A stretch of DNA of 62,181 bases from Candidatus Woesearchaeota archaeon (GTDB lineage: Archaea > Nanobdellota > Nanobdellia > SCGC-AAA011-G17 > UBA489), in contig CAZUSA010000003.1 in the NCBI GenBank assembly GCA_964622835.1, positions 1-62,181 on the forward strand, given 5' to 3'. The notes below the pieces were generated by a model. It saw nothing but the letters and a program-made list of their open reading frames with translations. It had not been told where the DNA came from and did not search any database. Positions 29,453-39,672 of this stretch are shown piece after piece (position 1 is the stretch's first letter; every line of letters begins with the position of its first letter). The position numbers and the translations under genes were made by a program.

Positions 29453-30166
29453 ATGGTAAAGAATAGAGGAAAAAAAGTAAAGATTGAGTTTGATGAGCTC
29501 ACCTTGTGGAAAGCAGGGACGATCATCTTTGGTATCTTATTTCTTTTATGCATCCTTAAGGGAAGCGATGGCGGAAATGCTATACCGGTTCAACCACCGA
29601 CGGTGGGAGCACCTTCAGGAGCGCCTCCAACGGCAGCACCTGTTGATGTAGATGTTGGCGATGCATACGTCAAAGGTAAAAAAAATGCTAAAGTAGAAAT
29701 CATTGAGTTTTCTGATTTAGAATGTCCGTTCTGTGGAAGATTCTATCGTGACACATATGGTCAAATTGTAGAAAATTACATTGATACAGGTAAGGCAAAG
29801 TTAGCATTCAAGCATTTACCATTACCGTTCCATAACAATGCACAAAAAGCTGCAGAAGCATTGGAATGTGCAGGTGAAGTTGGTGGCGATGATGCGTTCT
29901 GGGATATGCATGATGTAATCTTTGAGAATCAGCAAGCAATTACTGTGCCTGATTTGAAAGGATATGCTGGACAAGTTGGTGTTGATCAAAGTAAGTTCGA
30001 CAGTTGTTTAGACAATGGTGACACTGCTGGTAAAATTGCAGGACATCTTGCTGAAGCAAAAAAACTTGGTGCAAGTGGTACGCCTACATTCTTTGTGAAT
30101 GGTGTTAAACTTGTTGGTGCACAACCATACAGTGCATTCGAAGCTGCTATTAATGCGGCTTTGTAA
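29453..30166 (+). CDS. dsbA: DsbA-family thiol-disulfide oxidoreductase, membrane-anchored
   Basis: EFSDLECPFC and GTPTFFVNG motifs; N-terminal TM; GGAG SD. Confidence 0.92.
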   Translation: MVKNRGKKVKIEFDELTLWKAGTIIFGILFLLCILKGSDGGNAIPVQPPTVGAPSGAPPTAAPVDVDVGDAYVKGKKNAKVEIIEFSDLECPFCGRFYRDTYGQIVENYIDTGKAKLAFKHLPLPFHNNAQKAAEALECAGEVGGDDAFWDMHDVIFENQQAITVPDLKGYAGQVGVDQSKFDSCLDNGDTAGKIAGHLAEAKKLGASGTPTFFVNGVKLVGAQPYSAFEAAINAAL

Positions 30167-30179
30167 GCAAAACTTATAA

Positions 30180-30203
30180 GGGACTTCGGTCCCTTTCTTT
30201 TTT
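30180..30203 (+). terminator. Hairpin + U-tract terminator-like element
   Basis: GGGAC-TTCG-GTCCC followed by TTTCTTTTTT, 14 bp after the dsbA stop. Confidence 0.65.
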
Positions 30204-30206
30204 ATT

Positions 30207-30752
30207 ATGACATCTACAAATGCCCTCCATGCAATTAAAGAAGTATTGTCTAGATGGCGTTATAGTGTATTATTTGTGTGTGTTACTGTTGGATTTTTTT
30301 TAGTGAGTATTTTATCAAGTAATATTGATGCATTGGTTGCTCTTGCAGGTAAGGTTTCTTTCTCAGAATATGCAAAATTAGTGGGTGGATTAATTGTTGG
30401 TGGGATGAATAATACTCATAATTTTTCTACAACGTTATTAATTGTATTAAGTTTGTTAATTGGTGTTGTTATTATGTTGATGGTGTTTAAGATCAAGGCG
30501 CAACGATCACTGAAAGGGGCTGTTTCAAAGTCTGGGACGGCGGGAACATTATTAGGTATTGCTTTACCTGTGTGCGCTCCCTGTGGTATTGGGTTGTTTT
30601 CATTAATTGGATTATCTGGTGTTGTTGCATGGTTGCCGTATCAAGGCACAGAATTAGGTATTCTTAGCATAGTATTATTGGTGTATGCCATTAATGGTTT
30701 AGGTAAGGGCATTCATACGTGTAAAAAGTGTCAAGTGGTATTGAAAGCGTAA
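30207..30752 (+). CDS. Membrane protein with a CxxC motif (probable DsbA redox partner)
   Basis: Multiple TMs with LPVCAPCG, plus a C-terminal CKKC. Confidence 0.7.
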   Translation: MTSTNALHAIKEVLSRWRYSVLFVCVTVGFFLVSILSSNIDALVALAGKVSFSEYAKLVGGLIVGGMNNTHNFSTTLLIVLSLLIGVVIMLMVFKIKAQRSLKGAVSKSGTAGTLLGIALPVCAPCGIGLFSLIGLSGVVAWLPYQGTELGILSIVLLVYAINGLGKGIHTCKKCQVVLKA

Positions 30753-30814
30753 ATTATACTAATCACAATCTTTATATAAATAAGTTGTTCCAAATTGGAT
30801 AGAGGTGGCTACGA

Positions 30815-32275
30815 GTGCATATTGCAGTAAAAAGAGGATCTATTAATGCGTTAAAGACTGGTGTTCTTTGTGTTTTATTTTCTGAAGAACAAGCGAAGCA
30901 ATTAAGAAAGTCTCCTAAGAGTCATTTTGGTAAGGAAATTACGTATCGTATTCCCAAGGGTGAGTTTTCTGGTTTGGAAGGACAACATGCGGTGTTACAT
31001 TTGAGTTCTATGCAGTTACATGTCTTTGGTTTGGGTCCTGAAAAGGATATCACGCATGAGACAATTCGCAAAGCTGGTGGTTCTATGGCCAATCAAGCGT
31101 TATGTTTGAAGCGTTCGAAGTTTATGGTATCTCTTGATGTGCCTAAAGTGGGTGCAAAAGAATCTGCTCGTGCATTAACGGAAGGATTGGTATTGGGCGC
31201 ATATCGGTTTGATAAGTACAAGAAAAAAGAAAAGGATGGTATTCATGTACAACATGTTACGTTGTACACGGCATCAAAAGAGAAAGGATTGCGTGCTGCA
31301 GTAAAGGATGCAGAAATTACCTGTACGGCAACAAATTACGTTCGTGATTTGCAAATGGAAAATGCTGATGTTGCTACACCGTTATATTTGGAAAAACAAG
31401 CACGTGCATTAGCAAAGAAACATAACCTAAAGATTACTGTGTGTGATGAACCGATGTTACGTCGGTTGGGTGCGGGATTATTGTTGGCTGTTGCAAAAGG
31501 GAGTGCATATCCTGCGAGATTAATTATTTTAGAACATCGTGGAGCTCCTACTAAAAAAGAAAAGACGGCTATTGTTGGTAAAGGTATTACGTTTGATACG
31601 GGTGGTTTGAATTTGAAGCCAACGAAGTTTATTGAAACGATGCGAGAGGATATGTCTGGTGCTGCTGTCGTCTTAGGGACAATGCAGGCTGTTGCGTCAT
31701 TAAAATTAAAGAAAAATGTTGTTGGTGTCTTAGCAGTTGCAGAAAATGCTATTGGTTCTCGTGCGTACAAACCAGGTGATGTGTATACGTCTATGTCGGG
31801 CATTACTGTTGAAATTGGTAATACTGATGCTGAAGGGAGATTGGCATTAGCAGATGCATTAACCTACGTAGAAACAAAGATTAAACCAACGCAGATTGTT
31901 GATGTTGCAACCTTAACAGGGGCTGTGATTGTTGCGTTAGGAGATCATGTTGCTGGTATTACTGGTATGGATCATGCGATGATTCATGCGTTACAAGATG
32001 CTGGAGAAAAAACATTTGAACGAGTATGGCCATTACCATTGTATAAGGAATATGTTCGTGAAGTAAAAAGTTCTGTTGCTGATATTAATAATATTAATTA
32101 TGGACGTAAGGCTGGTTGTATAATGGGTGCTGCATTTTTATCGAAGTTTGTTACAAAAACACCGTGGTCTCATATTGATATTGCTGGTACGTCATGGTTG
32201 GAAACGTCAAGAAACTATTATAAGGAAGGAGCGACTGGTTTTGGTGTACGTTTATTGGTGGAGTGGTTACGGTGA
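30815..32275 (+). CDS. pepA: Leucyl aminopeptidase (M17)
   Basis: GKGITFDTGG, DMSGAA, NTDAEGRL and DVATLTGA motifs. Confidence 0.97.
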   Translation: MHIAVKRGSINALKTGVLCVLFSEEQAKQLRKSPKSHFGKEITYRIPKGEFSGLEGQHAVLHLSSMQLHVFGLGPEKDITHETIRKAGGSMANQALCLKRSKFMVSLDVPKVGAKESARALTEGLVLGAYRFDKYKKKEKDGIHVQHVTLYTASKEKGLRAAVKDAEITCTATNYVRDLQMENADVATPLYLEKQARALAKKHNLKITVCDEPMLRRLGAGLLLAVAKGSAYPARLIILEHRGAPTKKEKTAIVGKGITFDTGGLNLKPTKFIETMREDMSGAAVVLGTMQAVASLKLKKNVVGVLAVAENAIGSRAYKPGDVYTSMSGITVEIGNTDAEGRLALADALTYVETKIKPTQIVDVATLTGAVIVALGDHVAGITGMDHAMIHALQDAGEKTFERVWPLPLYKEYVREVKSSVADINNINYGRKAGCIMGAAFLSKFVTKTPWSHIDIAGTSWLETSRNYYKEGATGFGVRLLVEWLR

Positions 32276-33093
32276 AGTTTCCCATAAAAAAGAGAATAAA
32301 AAAGAATGTTGGTAATTTCTTGTATGAAGATGTGCAAGTAGCAAGAAAGTTTGCTAAGGTGATGCATCAAGAGTTTGGTTCGTTTATTTCTGCGATGGTA
32401 TTGTTTGGTTCTGCAACAAAGAATGTAAAAAACCCTAAGCGTGATATTGATATTCTTGTTGTGTTGGATGATACGCGTGTTCAGTTTACGCAAGAGTTGG
32501 TACAAACGTATCGTATTATTTCAGAAAAAGCTATTGCAAAAGTTGATCCTCGTCGGTTACATGTTCAGTCGATGAAGTTAACATCATTTTGGGAGTATGT
32601 GCGTGCTGGCGATCCTGTTGCTGTTAATATTTTACGTTCGGGTATTGCGTTGATTGATACAAACTTGTTTGATCCATTACAGGTGTTATTGGATGAGGGT
32701 CGTATTCGTCCGACGCATGAATCTATTTGGACATATTATACGTTAGCTCCTGCTTCATTAAATAGATCGAAACAACATTTGCTTACGGCGACGGTTGATT
32801 TGTATTGGGCTGCGGTTGATGCGGCACATGCGGCGTTAATGGCTGCTGGTGAGATTCCTCCTTCGCCTGATCATGTTGCAGAGTTATTGGAACAGAAGTT
32901 GCGTGTGCCTCATGAGTTGTCTCGTAAAGCGTTGGGGACGATGCGTGAGTTATATAAATTATTTAAGGGTATTGTGCATCGTGATATTAAATCTATCTCT
33001 GGTAAAGATTATGATGCGTTAGAGATTCGTGCTCAAGCGTTTGTTAAAGAAATGAAAGAGTTTATTGAAGATCAACATAAGAAGCATAGCTAA
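32263..33093 (+). CDS. Minimal nucleotidyltransferase + HEPN-like fusion
   Basis: LFGS..DIDILVVLDD; helical C-terminus YWAAVDAAHAALM. Confidence 0.8.
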   Translation: MVTVKFPIKKRIKKNVGNFLYEDVQVARKFAKVMHQEFGSFISAMVLFGSATKNVKNPKRDIDILVVLDDTRVQFTQELVQTYRIISEKAIAKVDPRRLHVQSMKLTSFWEYVRAGDPVAVNILRSGIALIDTNLFDPLQVLLDEGRIRPTHESIWTYYTLAPASLNRSKQHLLTATVDLYWAAVDAAHAALMAAGEIPPSPDHVAELLEQKLRVPHELSRKALGTMRELYKLFKGIVHRDIKSISGKDYDALEIRAQAFVKEMKEFIEDQHKKHS

Positions 33094-33635
33094 GCTGCTA
33101 CACGGTCTTCGAGGTCGATTCCTTCTGCAAGGAGGTCTTGTATTTCTTGGTGGTCTGGTGGTCTGATTTCGTCCTGTCTTTCTGGTAGGCGTACGCCGTA
33201 GTGTTCCATGAGTGCATTTGCAAATGGTTTTGTATATGCGTGTTTTTTTATTGCATCTTCGTCAGGTTGTAATCCTTCTTCTGTTTTGATATTTTCTTCA
33301 ACAGATGGGTAGTAATGTTTTTGAAGAACCCCTGCTAGTGTATTATGAATTTTTCCTCGTAATTCTTCGGCTGGATGTTCTAGGCTTGGGACACCGTCAA
33401 ATTGTTCTGTAAGGCGTCTATATTGGCGTGCTAGGAGGATGACTTCTTGTATGGTTTGATTCATGATGGGTCCCCATGTTGCACCATCATCAAAGGTATT
33501 TCCTGTGAATCGTATGTTTGCTCTTCGAATATATTGGGCAATGGATGCATCAGTTGCAGTGCCATCAAGAATGCCGTCTTTGACGAGACTATAGTCACGT
33601 GTAAGATTTCCATAGAGCTGAAGACTGGTTGGCAT
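33090..33635 (-). CDS. Hypothetical protein
   Basis: 181-aa ORF, convergent with the MNT-HEPN gene. Confidence 0.65.
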   Translation of the reverse strand: MPTSLQLYGNLTRDYSLVKDGILDGTATDASIAQYIRRANIRFTGNTFDDGATWGPIMNQTIQEVILLARQYRRLTEQFDGVPSLEHPAEELRGKIHNTLAGVLQKHYYPSVEENIKTEEGLQPDEDAIKKHAYTKPFANALMEHYGVRLPERQDEIRPPDHQEIQDLLAEGIDLEDRVAA

Positions 33636-33733
33636 GGTTTTTTGAGGTGTAGAACCTATTTAAACCTTCCCATTTGTAATTACTTAAAAGTAACAAACAA
33701 TATGGTTAAGAAGGCAGAGACTATCCAAAAAAC

Positions 33734-34231
33734 ATGCATCCAACCCATTGTATCATTCATTTAACGGAAGAAGCCACGAAAGGAACGTATAGGCCAGCGG
33801 CAGAAAGTAAGGCAAAACAGGCTATTCAAAGTGCTATTTCTGGTATTGAATACAAGAGTATTCGGAGGAAATATCAACGTATTTTCATCATGGTAACACC
33901 AGAAACAGATATTTCAAAACTCAAAGAAATATTACTCACCATTCCTTCTATAGCTTCCTTTGGTATGGCAACAAAAGCACCTGCAGAAAAAGGAAGAGAT
34001 ACAGCTCAAGCAGTATTGGAAGCATCAGATGCATCATCATTCCGTGTTAAAGTGAAAATAAGTGATAGGCAACATAAGCGATCATTGGATGAAACAACAC
34101 AAGATCTCTCCAAAGAATTAGCGCAACGGACGAACAAAACGATTGATTTCATTAATCCAAAAATAACGTTGTACGTTGAAATTCTCGAAAATGGTTGGTA
34201 TTGTTATACTGAACAAATAGTTTCTAACTAG
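33734..34231 (+). CDS. Stand-alone THUMP/NFLD domain (ThiI N-terminal-like)
   Basis: SFRVKVK..TIDFINPKITLYVEI; no PP-loop domain follows. Confidence 0.7.
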   Translation: MHPTHCIIHLTEEATKGTYRPAAESKAKQAIQSAISGIEYKSIRRKYQRIFIMVTPETDISKLKEILLTIPSIASFGMATKAPAEKGRDTAQAVLEASDASSFRVKVKISDRQHKRSLDETTQDLSKELAQRTNKTIDFINPKITLYVEILENGWYCYTEQIVSN

Positions 34232-34266
34232 ATAATATTTTTAAAGAGCAATACCATCAAGAGGGT

Positions 34267-34563
34267 ATGCCTGGAATAACAATGACTGGATTACGATCAT
34301 CAAAAACAGATGGTTGGTTAGAAATTGCCCTTGCAGAATTAGATATTGTGGTAACAGATGAACCACAAAATCTCCGTCGTATTATTGATAGAACAATGGG
34401 ACGCATAGAGCGACTTCGAAGAACTCATAGGGGTGTTCCAGAGATTAGTGCGGGTTCATTGCGGAGTATTTTAGAAGATTCAACGGTTGGTAAAGGGTAT
34501 TTCTCTCATGATCCAAAAACAGATACGTACGTAACAAATACAACAAGATATGTAACCGATTAA
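34267..34563 (+). CDS. Hypothetical protein
   Basis: 98-aa ORF. Confidence 0.55.
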   Translation: MPGITMTGLRSSKTDGWLEIALAELDIVVTDEPQNLRRIIDRTMGRIERLRRTHRGVPEISAGSLRSILEDSTVGKGYFSHDPKTDTYVTNTTRYVTD

Positions 34564-34611
34564 GCACTCTTTGTACGAACCTTTATAAATTATTTCTCAT
34601 ATATTTCAACT

Positions 34612-35328
34612 ATGAAAAAGGGGTCTGTCATTTCTCTAAAAAATGTATGGAAGACGTATAACATGGGTGATACTGAATTACATGCAGTGCGTGATATTTC
34701 GTTAGATATTCAACAAGGTGAATTTGTTATTATTGTTGGTCCAAGTGGTTCGGGTAAATCAACGATGTTAGATATGGTTGGTTGTTTAGCTGTTCCTTCG
34801 AAAGGTAAAATATTCTTAGAAGGAAAAGATGTATCATCAATGGGTGAAAGTGAACTTGCACGTATTCGTGGTAAGAAGATTGGGTTTATTTTTCAACAAT
34901 TTAATTTAATTAATACATTAACAGCTGAAGAAAATGTATACTTACCGATGTCATTCCAAGATATGCCTCGTCAAGAGGGAATGGATCGGTCAAAGAAATT
35001 ATTATCTCAAGTGGGATTAAAACAACGGACAACACATCGGCCAACAGAATTATCTGGTGGCGAACGGCAACGTGTTGCTATTGCACGATCATTAGCGAAT
35101 CAACCGAATGTTATTTTAGCTGATGAACCGACAGGAAATTTAGATAGTAAAACAGGTCATGAAGTCATGGATATGTTAGAAGATATTCATCAAAAGGGTG
35201 CTACGGTTGTTTTAATTACGCATGACTTGAATCTTATTGATCATGCAGAAAGAACAATCTTTTTAAAAGATGGTATGATAGAAAAGATACAGAAAAGGAA
35301 GGTGAAAGCACGTGGTAAAAAAAGGTAG
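34612..35328 (+). CDS. ABC transporter ATP-binding protein (LolD/MacB type)
   Basis: GPSGSGKST, LSGGERQRV and ADEPTGNLD motifs. Confidence 0.96.
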   Translation: MKKGSVISLKNVWKTYNMGDTELHAVRDISLDIQQGEFVIIVGPSGSGKSTMLDMVGCLAVPSKGKIFLEGKDVSSMGESELARIRGKKIGFIFQQFNLINTLTAEENVYLPMSFQDMPRQEGMDRSKKLLSQVGLKQRTTHRPTELSGGERQRVAIARSLANQPNVILADEPTGNLDSKTGHEVMDMLEDIHQKGATVVLITHDLNLIDHAERTIFLKDGMIEKIQKRKVKARGKKR

Positions 35329-36163
35329 GGTAAGTATAGTATTTTTAGTGTTATTGCTCATTCCTCTTGTGTCTGCTCAAACGTTACAAATTGGCATGAT
35401 TAATCAAGATCCTGATCCTGTAAGTGCAGGTGACATTGTTGAAGTAAAGTTTAAGATCGAAAATTTCTGGGAAACAACCAAGCACGAAGTGATTGTTGAA
35501 ATACAACCAGAATATCCCTTTACGTTGTACTCTGGAAATGCTCAGCAAAATGTTGGTGTTATTAGAGGGAACCAAAAAGATGGTGATGCGCAAGTTGTTG
35601 AATTTAAATTGAAGGCTGATGCAAATGCTGTTGAAGGCGATCATGAAATTCCTATTCTCATTAGGGTGGGTGATACTATTTGGGAGTATGATGATAGTTT
35701 CTTTATTGATATTGAATCTGAAGAGATTCGTTTCCGTTCATATATTCGTAATAGTGATTTAGTGACTGCAGGTTCGAAAGGAAAGTTTACGATTGAATTT
35801 GCTAACGCTGGCGGATATGATATTGAATTTTTAGAAATGGAATTATTACCGTCTGATGATTATAAGTTATTATCGACAAGCACATATACCTATATTGGTG
35901 AGTTAGATTCTGATGATACAGAAAGTGAAGAGTTTCATATTTATGTTCCTGAAGATATTGAAAAAGTTATGATTCCTATTTCAGTAACCTACGAAGTAAA
36001 TGATTACGTCTATACGAGTGAAGAAACATTGCAATTGGAATTATTAAATGTTGAAGAAGCTACAACGATTGGGTTAGTTAAAAAAAGTAGTGCTCCTGCC
36101 ATTCTTATGGGTGTTATCATCGGTCTTATTATCCTCTTCTTCATAAAAAAACGTAAGAAATGA
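35312..36163 (+). CDS. COG1361 S-layer-like secreted protein with C-terminal TM
   Basis: Signal peptide, QDPDPV.AGD.VEV, YIGELDSDD, C-terminal TM followed by KKRKK. Confidence 0.75.
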   Translation: MVKKGRVSIVFLVLLLIPLVSAQTLQIGMINQDPDPVSAGDIVEVKFKIENFWETTKHEVIVEIQPEYPFTLYSGNAQQNVGVIRGNQKDGDAQVVEFKLKADANAVEGDHEIPILIRVGDTIWEYDDSFFIDIESEEIRFRSYIRNSDLVTAGSKGKFTIEFANAGGYDIEFLEMELLPSDDYKLLSTSTYTYIGELDSDDTESEEFHIYVPEDIEKVMIPISVTYEVNDYVYTSEETLQLELLNVEEATTIGLVKKSSAPAILMGVIIGLIILFFIKKRKK

Positions 36164-37380
36164 TTGAACATTATCTCCGTGTTGTATATGCGTCACTGAG
36201 AAGGAAAAAGTTACGCAGTTGGTTAACGCTAATTGGTATTTTGATTGGTATTGCTGCAGTTATTTCGTTAATGATGCTCGGAGACGGCATTCGTGGTGCC
36301 GTTCTGGGGCAGTTTGATTTGTTAAATACTAACGTGTTAGCAGTTCGTGCTGAGGGTATTGATCAAGGACCACCAGGTACAGGTGTACAAAATCCATTAT
36401 TAGAGTATTATGCAGATGATGTTGAAAGTATTAATGGTGTTGATACGGTTGTTGCACGTATTATTGAAGATGCACAGATTAGGTTTAACGATCGAAGTCA
36501 TTTCTCCTGGGTGGGGAGTTTCCCTGAAGAAGGTGATATTGAAGATATACAAAAGATTCTGAGTTTAGAAATTGCCAAAGGAAGTATGATTGAACCGGGT
36601 GATACCACACATGTTGTTATTGGTGATGATTATGCAAATGGTGATGTCTTTGGTGAACCGATTCGGTTACGTGATACGGTTACAATTGAAGGGAAGAAAT
36701 TCAAAGTAAAAGGTATTTTTACACGAAAAGGAAGTTTTATTGTAGATAGAACAATGACGATTAATGAAAACGCCCTTCGTGAATTATTTGACACACCTGA
36801 TACGTATGATGCCCTTGCTGTTAAAGTAGCATCTGGCGCTAATATGGGCTTGGTAGCTGAGCGTATTGAAGATTATTTACGTGATGAACGTGATGTTGAT
36901 GAGGGTGAAGAAGATTTTGTTGTGGAAACACCTGAAGAAGCATTAAAATCATTAGATAGTTTATTGTTTGGTATTCAAATATTTGTTTTCTTAATTGCTG
37001 CTATTTCTATTTTAGTGGGTGGTATTGGTATTGCTAACACCATGTATACGTCCGTTGTAGAACGAACGAAAGAAATTGGTATTATGAAGGCTATTGGTGC
37101 GAGACGTTCACAAATTGTTGCCTTGTTTTTAACAGAAGCAGGTATGTTAGGATTGTTAGGTGGTTTCTTGGGAATGGTTGTTGGTGTTGGTGGTGCATTA
37201 GGATTAGCTGCTGTGGGTAATTCTATAGTTGGTGAAGGAACGATTATGTTAACTGTATCACCAACAGTGATTATGGCAACATTACTCTTTTCGTTTATTG
37301 TAGGTATTGTTTCGGGTATTTTACCAGCGATTAAAGCATCCAAGTTACAACCAGTGGAGGCATTACGATTTAGCAAATGA
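36160..37380 (+). CDS. ABC permease (MacB/FtsX family)
   Basis: RSWLTLIGILIGIAAV and VERTKEIGIMKAIGA motifs. Confidence 0.93.
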   Translation: MIEHYLRVVYASLRRKKLRSWLTLIGILIGIAAVISLMMLGDGIRGAVLGQFDLLNTNVLAVRAEGIDQGPPGTGVQNPLLEYYADDVESINGVDTVVARIIEDAQIRFNDRSHFSWVGSFPEEGDIEDIQKILSLEIAKGSMIEPGDTTHVVIGDDYANGDVFGEPIRLRDTVTIEGKKFKVKGIFTRKGSFIVDRTMTINENALRELFDTPDTYDALAVKVASGANMGLVAERIEDYLRDERDVDEGEEDFVVETPEEALKSLDSLLFGIQIFVFLIAAISILVGGIGIANTMYTSVVERTKEIGIMKAIGARRSQIVALFLTEAGMLGLLGGFLGMVVGVGGALGLAAVGNSIVGEGTIMLTVSPTVIMATLLFSFIVGIVSGILPAIKASKLQPVEALRFSK

Positions 37381-38594
37381 TCAATAAAGAATTAATTAAG
37401 ACGTCATTGAAGAATATGGCTGAACGTAAGTCTCGTAGTTTATTAACGATCATTTCTGTCTTTATTGGTGTGACTGCTATTTTTGTTTTGATTTCGTTTG
37501 GTCAAGGTCTTGTAGGATATGTTGACGAATTGGCTTCTGAAATGGGGAGTGATAAACTTATTGTGCAAGCAAAAGGTGCTGGCTTTGGTCCGCCAACAAC
37601 GGAATCCAATATTGTGTTTGTTGATCGTGATGTAGAAACAATTGAAGATGTGCAAGGTGTCAAAGAGGCGATGGGTGTGTATTTTGTAACGGCACCACTA
37701 GAATTTAAAGATGTTACAAAGTATGTGTATGTTGTTGGATCTGATATTAAGGACCATCGTGAGTTAGTTGAAGAAATATATAATGTTGATTTGATGAAAG
37801 GCCTACCGTTAAGCGGACGAGAAAAACGTGATAGTGTGTTGGGATATGGGTATACGGTTGATGATCAAACATTTCCTAAACCTGTGGAATTACGCAATAA
37901 GGTATTAATTAATGATGTTGCTCTTAAGGTGAAAGGATTTTATGAGGAAATTGGTAATCCTTCTGATGATTATAATGTCTATCTAACAAAAGATGCATTT
38001 GAAAATATTTTCCAACCAACATCCTATACAACAATTTTTATTCGTTCTGCTCCTGGCTTTGAACCGACAATATTAGCAGAGACGATTGAAGAAGAGTTAC
38101 GTGATGATCGTGGTCAGTCTCGTGGTAATGAAGATTTCTTTGTGCAAACCTTTGAACAGGTTATTGCTTCGTTTACATCAATTTTAGTAACATTAAATGT
38201 TATTTTGATATTGATTGCTTTAATTTCATTAGTCGTAGCAGGAGTAAACATAGCAAATACCATGTATGCATCGGTCTTAGAACGAACACGTGATATTGGT
38301 GTGATGAAAGCTATTGGTGCAAAGAACTCTGTTATTTTAACGATGTTTGCGTTTGAATCAGGAATGTTGGCATTAATTGGTGGTTTATGTGCTGTAGTAG
38401 TTGGTACAGGTGTTGCATTGCTTGCGGGTAAGATGGTCGCTGATGCTGGCTTTGGTTTTTTAACACCAGGATTATCACCAGAATTATACATTGGCTGTTT
38501 ATTATTTTCTGTATTTATTGGTATTGCTTCAGGAATTCTTCCCGCATATAGAGCTTCAAAGTTAAATCCTGTTGATGCATTACGATACGATTAG
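37377..38594 (+). CDS. ABC permease (MacB/FtsX family), paralog
   Basis: RSLLTIISVFIG and LERTRDIGVMKAIGA motifs. Confidence 0.93.
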   Translation: MINKELIKTSLKNMAERKSRSLLTIISVFIGVTAIFVLISFGQGLVGYVDELASEMGSDKLIVQAKGAGFGPPTTESNIVFVDRDVETIEDVQGVKEAMGVYFVTAPLEFKDVTKYVYVVGSDIKDHRELVEEIYNVDLMKGLPLSGREKRDSVLGYGYTVDDQTFPKPVELRNKVLINDVALKVKGFYEEIGNPSDDYNVYLTKDAFENIFQPTSYTTIFIRSAPGFEPTILAETIEEELRDDRGQSRGNEDFFVQTFEQVIASFTSILVTLNVILILIALISLVVAGVNIANTMYASVLERTRDIGVMKAIGAKNSVILTMFAFESGMLALIGGLCAVVVGTGVALLAGKMVADAGFGFLTPGLSPELYIGCLLFSVFIGIASGILPAYRASKLNPVDALRYD

Positions 38595-38625
38595 ACAGGT
38601 TTATATACTTCTTAAGACTTTCAAA

Positions 38626-39072
38626 ATGACAATGGAATTAGCTACAGCAAGTGCAGCAGTAAATGTTTTTTCAGCGATGAAAAAACCTATCGCTTGGTTT
38701 TTGAGTGGTGTTGGTGCAAAAACTATAGCTGATAGTTTACGTGCTAAAAAGGTTGAACCAGTACAAAATGTGTTTAACTTTCATTTTGATGGTGTTCCTG
38801 ATAATCTTGGTGATGTAGTTAAGGGACTTCAAGGTTCTGGTGAAACTGATAATGGTCCATTAAATTCTGGAGAAACAAATAGTGGTTCGTTACGATACAC
38901 CGGTCCAATGGCATCAAATGGATCAAATAGTGGTTTGTTACGATATGTTCATCCAATGGCAGGGGATTGTTCAAATGCTCCTATTGCAAGTGATATTACA
39001 ACAACACCAATGTCTCACGCTCTTGTTCCGTATGTACGACCACAACAAAATACGTATGCACGTGCAGCGTAA
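38626..39072 (+). CDS. Hypothetical protein with an internal 16-aa repeat
   Basis: NSGxLRYxxPMA occurs twice. Confidence 0.6.
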   Translation: MTMELATASAAVNVFSAMKKPIAWFLSGVGAKTIADSLRAKKVEPVQNVFNFHFDGVPDNLGDVVKGLQGSGETDNGPLNSGETNSGSLRYTGPMASNGSNSGLLRYVHPMAGDCSNAPIASDITTTPMSHALVPYVRPQQNTYARAA

Positions 39073-39107
39073 TTTTTATTTTTTCTTTTGCATTGCAGAG
39101 ATTTTAT

Positions 39108-39437
39108 TCAACTTAAGGTAACATATTCATCATAGTCTGGTTTGGAAGGAATCTCAACACCTTTAGGTGCAAGTGCATAATTAGCGAGTTGAGGAATACA
39201 AACATAAAAAACTCTGTCTTTTTCTTGTATGCTTTTAATAGCTTGCAGATCATATAATTCTAAAAAAACAGGACCATCTGTTTTCACACAAAATTCTATG
39301 TCATCAATAATAACCTCTTGGATGGTTGCTCTTCCGAACTCAACATGTATGATTGAACCACGTAAATATTCTACTAAAGTTCCATCTATAAAATTGGTAT
39401 GAATTAACGTTCTCAAATGAGGGTTGGATGTTTCCAT
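39108..39437 (-). CDS. Hypothetical protein
   Basis: 109-aa ORF. Confidence 0.55.
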   Translation of the reverse strand: METSNPHLRTLIHTNFIDGTLVEYLRGSIIHVEFGRATIQEVIIDDIEFCVKTDGPVFLELYDLQAIKSIQEKDRVFYVCIPQLANYALAPKGVEIPSKPDYDEYVTLS

Positions 39438-39672
39438 ATTTTTTCAAAAATCAATCATTTGTTTTTAAGAATTTCTCTAAACAGTATCTTGGACAACAAC
39501 AACAAACTTTATAAACCGTTATTTGGGTTTTTCTCTATCAACGTTTAGTATGTGGAGTACTGTTGATACTTGAGTTACAGAAGTCATGTATCGTATATTC
39601 TACAGCTATCTTTGATGGATCATCCTTGATTCGTGATGGGTTGATTTATTATGAGTGCTTACAAAAGTATGA

